64,000 nucleotides of DNA from contig OY969696.1 in assembly GCA_963702005.1 (NCBI GenBank), positions 160,001-224,000 on the forward strand, in the 5' to 3' direction. Positions 58,195 through 64,000 of this stretch are shown here, piece by piece. Within the stretch, counting starts at the first letter, position 1. The number at the start of each line of letters is the position of its first letter. Under the pieces are notes generated by a model that was given only the letters and a program-made list of their open reading frames with translations, was not told where the DNA came from and searched no databases. Origin of the DNA: Candidatus Aminicenantes bacterium. Lineage in GTDB: Bacteria > Acidobacteriota > Aminicenantia > Aminicenantales > JAFGBC01. The translations under genes and the position numbers were made by a program.

Positions 58195-60039
58195 ATGCTC
58201 GGAGTCCGCTCTAAGCTGTCGCTGGGATTCGGAGGGCTGCTGTTGATCATCGGGCTCCTCGGCGTCCAGAGCATTCTCTACCTGACGAGGCTGGGAGCCT
58301 CCGTCGACGTCATCCTGCGCGAAAACTACCGGAGCGTCATCGCCAGCCAGACCATGAAGGAGGCCCTGGAGCGGATCGACAGCGGCGTCCTGTTCGGCCT
58401 CCTGGGATACGGGCCGAGAGGGAACGAGCTTATCGCCAAGAACCAGGCACTCTTTGAACAGGCCCTCCAAACTGAGTTGAACAACCTGACCGTCCCCGGA
58501 GAGAAAGAGAGAGCCTTCGAGCTCCGGGAACTCTACGAACGATACCGGAACATCCTGGGAAGTTTCGTCGCCCCGGCAGATCCGCTCGCCCGCCGGACCG
58601 AAGTCTACTTCGCGAGCCTCCTCCCTCTGTTCGGACGTATTAAGAATGCCGCGGACGACATCCTCCAGATGAATCAGCGGAACATGCTCGAAGCGAACGA
58701 CCGCGCCCGACGCGTCGCCGCGGGCGCGCGAAGGCAGATGGTCATCCTCCTCTTCGTCGGAACGATCGTAGCGGCCGGCTTCGTCGTCCTGGCCGGACGC
58801 TGGATCCTGGGTCCGATCCGCCATCTGACGCAATCCGCCGACGAAATTCGGCGCGGCAACCTGGACCTCATCGTCCGGGGCAGCTCCCGCGACGAGTTCG
58901 GACGGCTGTCCGACACCTTCAATGCCATGGCGGCCAGCCTCAGGGAATTCCGCCGCAGCGACCAGGCCAAGTTCGTCCGGGTCCAGCGGGCGACCCAGCG
59001 GGCCTTCGACAGCCTGCCGGAGGCAGCCGCCGTCGTGGACCTTGAGGGCGCGGTCGAGGTCGCAACCGAAGCGGCCGGGAGCGTCTTCGGACTCAAGCCC
59101 GGCGTACGTCTCGGCGACCTGGCGGACGATTGGCTCCGGCGCCTTTTCGACGAGGCCGCTTTGGCGGCCCCGTCCTCTCGGCCCAAGATTTCGCCCAAGC
59201 TCGTCCAGCGCTTCGTCGACGGCGAGGAACGGTACTTCCGCCCCGAAGCGGTTTCCATCCTGGACGACGACCGGCGGCCGGCCGGAGTCATCCTGGTCTT
59301 CCAGGACGTGACCCAGCTCCGCCAGCAGGACGAGATCAAGCGCGGCGTCATCTCGACCGTTTCCCATCAGCTCAAGACGCCCTTGACCTCGGTCCGGATG
59401 GCGATCCACCTTCTGCTCGAGGAAAAGGTCGGAGCGCTGAACGAGAAGCAGGCCGAGCTCCTGGTCGCCGCCCGGGAGGACAGCGATCGCCTCCACGGCA
59501 TCCTCGACAACCTCCTCGACCTCAGCCGGATAGAGTCGGGACGGGCCCGGCTCGAATTCGAGGCCATCGGAGTCCAGGCTCTGGTTTGGGAGGCGCTTGA
59601 ACCGTACCGGCGCACGGCCCAGGATCAAGGGCTAGCCCTGGACGCCGACATTCCCGGAGGCCTGCCCGACGTCTGGGCCGACAGAACCCGCATCCACCAT
59701 GTCTTCGCCAACCTCCTCACGAACGCTCTCAGGTTCACCCCGCCCGGCGGCCGGATCACTCTGGCGGCGAAGCCGGAAGAAGATTGGGTCCGCTTTTCGG
59801 TCGCGGATACCGGCGGCGGCATTCCCCAGGCCTATCTGCACGGCATCTTCGAGCCCTTTTTCCGGGTCCCCGATCAAGGGACCGAGACCGGAGCCGGGCT
59901 TGGTCTGGCCATCGTCAAGGAAATCGTGGAGGCGCACGGAGGCTCGGTCGGCGTCGAAAGCGTCGAGGGCCGGGGGTCGACCTTCACGTTCACCCTGAGA
60001 CGTGCCGACCGGGCCAGCCCCAAGGGGAACCTTCCATGA
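58195..60039 (+). CDS. Sensor histidine kinase (KinB-like; 4HB-HAMP-PAS-HisKA-HATPase)
   Basis: ILRENYRSV, SHQLKTPLT, NLLTNA, DTGGGI, GAGLGLAI. Confidence 0.93.
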   Translation: MLGVRSKLSLGFGGLLLIIGLLGVQSILYLTRLGASVDVILRENYRSVIASQTMKEALERIDSGVLFGLLGYGPRGNELIAKNQALFEQALQTELNNLTVPGEKERAFELRELYERYRNILGSFVAPADPLARRTEVYFASLLPLFGRIKNAADDILQMNQRNMLEANDRARRVAAGARRQMVILLFVGTIVAAGFVVLAGRWILGPIRHLTQSADEIRRGNLDLIVRGSSRDEFGRLSDTFNAMAASLREFRRSDQAKFVRVQRATQRAFDSLPEAAAVVDLEGAVEVATEAAGSVFGLKPGVRLGDLADDWLRRLFDEAALAAPSSRPKISPKLVQRFVDGEERYFRPEAVSILDDDRRPAGVILVFQDVTQLRQQDEIKRGVISTVSHQLKTPLTSVRMAIHLLLEEKVGALNEKQAELLVAAREDSDRLHGILDNLLDLSRIESGRARLEFEAIGVQALVWEALEPYRRTAQDQGLALDADIPGGLPDVWADRTRIHHVFANLLTNALRFTPPGGRITLAAKPEEDWVRFSVADTGGGIPQAYLHGIFEPFFRVPDQGTETGAGLGLAIVKEIVEAHGGSVGVESVEGRGSTFTFTLRRADRASPKGNLP

Positions 60040-60119
60040 CCGACCTCGGATTCATCCTGATCGCGATCGCTTTCTTCGCGCTCTGCGGGCTCGGCCTCCA
60101 GGCCTGCGAAAGGCTTTAA
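60036..60119 (+). CDS. Small membrane peptide upstream of kdpF
   Basis: MTDLGFILIAIAFFALCGLGLQACERL; ATGA overlap with the kinase stop. Confidence 0.7.
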   Translation: MTDLGFILIAIAFFALCGLGLQACERL

Positions 60120-60123
60120 TCCC

Positions 60124-60207
60124 ATGGCGTCTCTTCTCGGAATCCTGCTCGGACTTCTCTTAAGCGTTTATCTTTTCTGCACGATCGTTCGACCGGAGAA
60201 GTTTTAG
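60124..60207 (+). CDS. kdpF: K+-transporting ATPase subunit F
   Basis: MASLLGILLGLLLSVYLFCTIVRPEKF (YL..RPEKF signature). Confidence 0.9.
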   Translation: MASLLGILLGLLLSVYLFCTIVRPEKF

Positions 60208-60221
60208 GACGGGAGCGATCC

Positions 60222-61922
60222 ATGGACCTCCACGGCTGGATTCAACTCGCGCTCTTTCTCGCGGCCCTCTTCTTCTTGGCCAAGCCGATCGGCCTCTATC
60301 TCGTCCGCGTCCTGGACCCCGGCGGAAAGACGGTCCTGGACCCGGTCCTGAAACCGCTCGAGCGATTCGTATTCCGTTTCGCCGGCCTGGACCCCCGGAC
60401 GGAGCAGGATTGGAAACGGTACGGCACGTCTCTCCTCGCCTTCAGCTTGGCCGGGTTCGCCTTCACTTACGCGATCCTCCGCTTCCAGCATCTCCTCCCG
60501 CTGAATCCCCAGAGCTGGGGTCCGGTGCCGCCCGGCCTCGCTTTCAACACGGCGGCAAGCTTCACGACCAACACGAATTGGCAAAACTACGCGGGCGAGA
60601 CGACCCTCTCCTATCTATCCCAAATGGTCGGGCTGACCTTCCAAAATTTCGTTTCGGCCGCGGCCGGTATCGCCGTCTCAGCCGCCCTGGTCAGGGGGAT
60701 CGCCCGGTCATCGGCCAAGACGATCGGGAACTTCTGGGTCGACCTTGTCCGCATCAATCTCTATCTGCTCCTGCCGATCTGCCTCCTCCTCTCCATCTTC
60801 CTGACCTCCCAGGGCGTTATCCAAAATGTCCGGCCCTACCCGACGACCGAATTCCAGACGATCCCCCAGGGCCCGGCGGCCTCCCAAGCGGCGATCAAAA
60901 TGCTGGGCACGAACGGGGGCGGTTTCTTCAACGCCAACGCCGCCCATCCTTACGAAAACCCGACGCCCCTTTCCAACTTCATCCAGATGTTGGCCATTTT
61001 CCTCATCCCGAGCGGCCTTACCTTCTATCTCGGCCGGTCCGTCCGCAACCGGCGGCACGGCTGGGCCGTCTGGGCGGCCATGGCCCTGATCTTTCTGGCG
61101 GCCGTCCTTGCTTGCTGGCGTGTCGAGAGCGCCGGCAATCCCCGTTGGCGGGCGCTGGGCCTGGACCCGGCCGGCGGCAATATGGAAGGGAAGGAGGTCC
61201 GATTCGGCGTTTTCGATTCCGCCCTGTTCGCCACGGTCACGACGAGCGCCTCCTGCGGGGCCGTCAACTCGATGCACGATTCTTTCACGCCCCTGGGCGG
61301 TCTCGTCCTCCTCTTCAACATCCAGCTCGGCGAGGTCGTCTTCGGAGGCGTCGGGTCGGGTCTGTACGGGATACTGATTTTCGTGGTCGTGGCCGTCTTC
61401 CTGACGGGGCTCATGATCGGACGGACACCGGAGTATTTGGGAAAAAAGATCACCTCTTATGAAGTCAAAGTCAGCGTCTTGGCCCTGCTCGTCCCGATCC
61501 TGGGCATTCTCGGGTTTGCGGCCTGGGCGGCGGTCAGAGGCTGGGGGATTTCCGGCTTAGGCAACCGGGGCCCTCACGGCTTGAGCGAGATCCTCTATGC
61601 CTATTCTTCCGCGCTGGGCAACAACGGCAGCGCCTTCGCCGGACTCACCGCCACGAATCCCGTGTTCTCGGCGACCATGGGGCTGGCCATGTTGGCGGGC
61701 CGTTTCTTGATGATCGTCCCCGTCCTGGCCCTGGCCGGAAGCCTGGCCGGCAAAAAGCGGGTCCTTCCGTCCGGCGCGAGCTTCCCGGTCGGGGGGATGA
61801 CCTTCACGCTGATTCTGGTGGGCACGATCATAATCGTCGGAGCCCTGACCTTCCTCCCGGCGCTCGCGCTCGGCCCGATCGTCGAGCACTTCCTGATGGT
61901 CGGGTCGCGAGCGCTGTTCTGA
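60222..61922 (+). CDS. kdpA: K+-transporting ATPase subunit A
   Basis: [37 protein letters not shown]. Confidence 0.98.
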   Translation: MDLHGWIQLALFLAALFFLAKPIGLYLVRVLDPGGKTVLDPVLKPLERFVFRFAGLDPRTEQDWKRYGTSLLAFSLAGFAFTYAILRFQHLLPLNPQSWGPVPPGLAFNTAASFTTNTNWQNYAGETTLSYLSQMVGLTFQNFVSAAAGIAVSAALVRGIARSSAKTIGNFWVDLVRINLYLLLPICLLLSIFLTSQGVIQNVRPYPTTEFQTIPQGPAASQAAIKMLGTNGGGFFNANAAHPYENPTPLSNFIQMLAIFLIPSGLTFYLGRSVRNRRHGWAVWAAMALIFLAAVLACWRVESAGNPRWRALGLDPAGGNMEGKEVRFGVFDSALFATVTTSASCGAVNSMHDSFTPLGGLVLLFNIQLGEVVFGGVGSGLYGILIFVVVAVFLTGLMIGRTPEYLGKKITSYEVKVSVLALLVPILGILGFAAWAAVRGWGISGLGNRGPHGLSEILYAYSSALGNNGSAFAGLTATNPVFSATMGLAMLAGRFLMIVPVLALAGSLAGKKRVLPSGASFPVGGMTFTLILVGTIIIVGALTFLPALALGPIVEHFLMVGSRALF

Positions 61923-61929
61923 AGGAGTC

Positions 61930-63957
61930 ATGACCTTGGCGACAAGACAGTTTTCGCTCTTCGACCGCCGGATCCTGGTCCGGGCCGTCCCCGAGGCGTT
62001 CCGGAAGCTCAACCCCCGCTCGCTTCTGAAGAACCCCGTGATCTTCGTGACCGAAATCGGAGCCGCCCTGACGACGCTCGGGCTTATCCTGGGCGCCGGT
62101 CCGGACCGCCCCGGCTTCGTCTTCCAGGTCACGGCCTGGCTGTGGTTCACGGTCCTCGGCGCGAATTTCGCCGAGGCTCTGGCCGAAGGACGGGGCAAGG
62201 CCCAGGCCAATGAGCTTCGCAAGACCCGCACGACCACGGCGGCCAACCGCCTCGACAGCGCAGGGCGGGTCGAACGGCTCCCGGCCGAACGCCTGCGGAA
62301 GGGGGACCTCATCCTGATCTCCGCGGGCGAGGTCATCCCCGCCGACGGCGAGATCCTGGAGGGGATCGCCACGGTCGACGAATCGGCCATCACGGGCGAA
62401 TCCGCCCCCGTCATCCGGGAAGCGGGCGGGGACCGGAGCGCGGTCACCGGAGGGACGCGGGTCCTGACCGATTGGATCAAGGTCCGGGTCACGGCCGACC
62501 CGGGCGAGAGCTTCCTGGACCGGATGATAGGGCTGGTCGAAGGGGCCCGGCGGCAGAAAACGCCGAACGAGATCGCGCTGACCATCCTCCTCTCGGCCTT
62601 GACCCTCATCTTCCTGGTCGTCATCATTTCATTAAACTTCTTCGGCCGCTACTCGGGCGTTCCCTTCTCGGTCACGGCCCTGGTCTCTCTCCTCGTCTGC
62701 CTGATCCCGACGACGATCGGAGGCCTCCTCAACGCCGTCGGAATCGCCGGCATCGACCGCATGGTCCGGACAAACGTCTTGGCCATGAGCGGCCGCGCCG
62801 TCGAAGCGGCCGGGGACGTGGACGTCCTTCTCCTCGATAAAACGGGAACAATCACCCTCGGGAACCGTCAGGCCGCCTCCTTCCAGCCGGCCCCCGGCGT
62901 CGGCGCCGAGGAGCTGGTCAACGCCGCCCAGTTGGCGTCCCTGGCGGACGAAACTCCGGAGGGAAGGAGCATCGTCGTCCTGGCTAAAAGCTACGGGTTG
63001 CGGGGGCGTTCGATCGCGGACATGCCGGACGCCCGGTTCATCGCTTTTTCGGCCCAGACGAGGATGAGCGGCGTCGACATCGAGAACCGCCGCATCCGCA
63101 AGGGCGCCCCGGACGCGATCGAGGCCTTCCTCGGGAACGGACTTCCTCCCGAAGTCCACGACACCGTCAGCCAGATCGCCTTCTCGGGCGGGACGCCGCT
63201 CCTGGTCGCCGAAGGAGCCCGAGTTCTGGGGACCATCCATCTCAAGGACATCGTCAAAGGAGGGCTCAAGGACCGTTTCGAGCGGTTCCGGGCCATGGGG
63301 ATCAAGACGGTCATGATAACGGGGGACAATCCGCTGACGGCCGCCGCGATCGCCCGGGAGGCCGGCGTGGACGATTTCATCGCCGAGGCCCGGCCCGAGG
63401 ACAAGTTGACCCTCATCCGCCGCGAGCAGGCCGCCGGACATCTGGTCGCCATGACCGGGGACGGCACCAACGACGCCCCGGCCCTGGCCCAGGCCGACGT
63501 CGGCGTCGCCATGAACACGGGAACCCAGGCCGCCAAGGAAGCGGGGAACATGGTCGACCTCGACTCCAACCCGACCAAGCTCATCGAGGTCGTCGAGATC
63601 GGCAAACAAATGCTCATCACGCGGGGAGCCTTGACGACGTTCAGCATCGCCAACGACGTCGCCAAATATTTCGCCATCATCCCGGCCTTGCTGGTCGGCG
63701 TCTTCCCGGCGATCGCCCCACTCAACATCATGGGACTCGCGTCCCCGGCGAGCGCCATCCTGAGCGCGGTCATCTTCAACGCCCTGATCATCCTGGCCCT
63801 CGTGCCCCTGGCCCTGCGCGGGGTGCGCTTCCGGCCCATGCCGGCCGCCGCCCTCCTGAGGCGGCATCTACTGATCTACGGCCTGGGGGGCGTCCTGGCC
63901 CCTTTCCCGGGGATCAAGCTCGTGGATCTCATTGTGAACGCGCTTCATCTTGTCTAA
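61930..63957 (+). CDS. kdpB: K+-transporting ATPase subunit B
   Basis: [34 protein letters not shown]. Confidence 0.98.
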   Translation: MTLATRQFSLFDRRILVRAVPEAFRKLNPRSLLKNPVIFVTEIGAALTTLGLILGAGPDRPGFVFQVTAWLWFTVLGANFAEALAEGRGKAQANELRKTRTTTAANRLDSAGRVERLPAERLRKGDLILISAGEVIPADGEILEGIATVDESAITGESAPVIREAGGDRSAVTGGTRVLTDWIKVRVTADPGESFLDRMIGLVEGARRQKTPNEIALTILLSALTLIFLVVIISLNFFGRYSGVPFSVTALVSLLVCLIPTTIGGLLNAVGIAGIDRMVRTNVLAMSGRAVEAAGDVDVLLLDKTGTITLGNRQAASFQPAPGVGAEELVNAAQLASLADETPEGRSIVVLAKSYGLRGRSIADMPDARFIAFSAQTRMSGVDIENRRIRKGAPDAIEAFLGNGLPPEVHDTVSQIAFSGGTPLLVAEGARVLGTIHLKDIVKGGLKDRFERFRAMGIKTVMITGDNPLTAAAIAREAGVDDFIAEARPEDKLTLIRREQAAGHLVAMTGDGTNDAPALAQADVGVAMNTGTQAAKEAGNMVDLDSNPTKLIEVVEIGKQMLITRGALTTFSIANDVAKYFAIIPALLVGVFPAIAPLNIMGLASPASAILSAVIFNALIILALVPLALRGVRFRPMPAAALLRRHLLIYGLGGVLAPFPGIKLVDLIVNALHLV

Positions 63958-63978
63958 GATGGGAAAGGACGGACGAAC

Positions 63979-64000
63979 ATGAAGGCGATCCTCCGGGAAT
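63979..64000 (+). CDS. kdpC: Probable start of KdpC (truncated by the window)
   Basis: MKAILRE after an AAGGA RBS directly downstream of kdpB; assigned from gene order. Confidence 0.6.

Noticed and set aside
56654-63867. Long minus-strand ORFs opposite the regulator, kinase and kdp genes
   Set aside because: High-GC antisense shadows

Overview
Bacterial window, probably Candidatus Aminicenantes or a related Acidobacteriota lineage (inferred from zinc-ribbon Ser/Thr kinase-TPR proteins and an acidobacterial-type VWA protein). Roughly 1-47 kb is a mosaic accessory region and 48-64 kb looks more like host backbone (VWA protein, kinase, M1 peptidase, HU, sigma54 two-component system, kdpFABC). 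The most striking structure is a dispersed array of related ~160-190 bp att-like modules. Each has integrase arm-type repeats (TGTGCCCAAA), 10-bp-phased ATCGAA repeats and the 3' half of a tRNA-Val(CAC). Modules lie at 7.3, 12.0, 15.0 and 17.0 kb, with partial copies at 31.6 and 38.3 kb, and they delimit short integrase-free, co-oriented cargo units. The leftmost element carries a two-GHKL-ATPase / Dcm defence-like operon, an excisionase-like HTH gene, a NYN RNase and a conserved structured non-coding element that recurs at 28.4 kb. Also present are IS481 and IS1380 elements, an IS3 relic, two IS200/IS605-type MITEs, tyrosine-integrase relics, metal-uptake modules, a lipid-modification operon and a duplicated cupin/DUF362 catabolic operon. 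No CRISPR array, rRNA or intact tRNA was seen. All family calls come from motif recognition by eye, not database searches.
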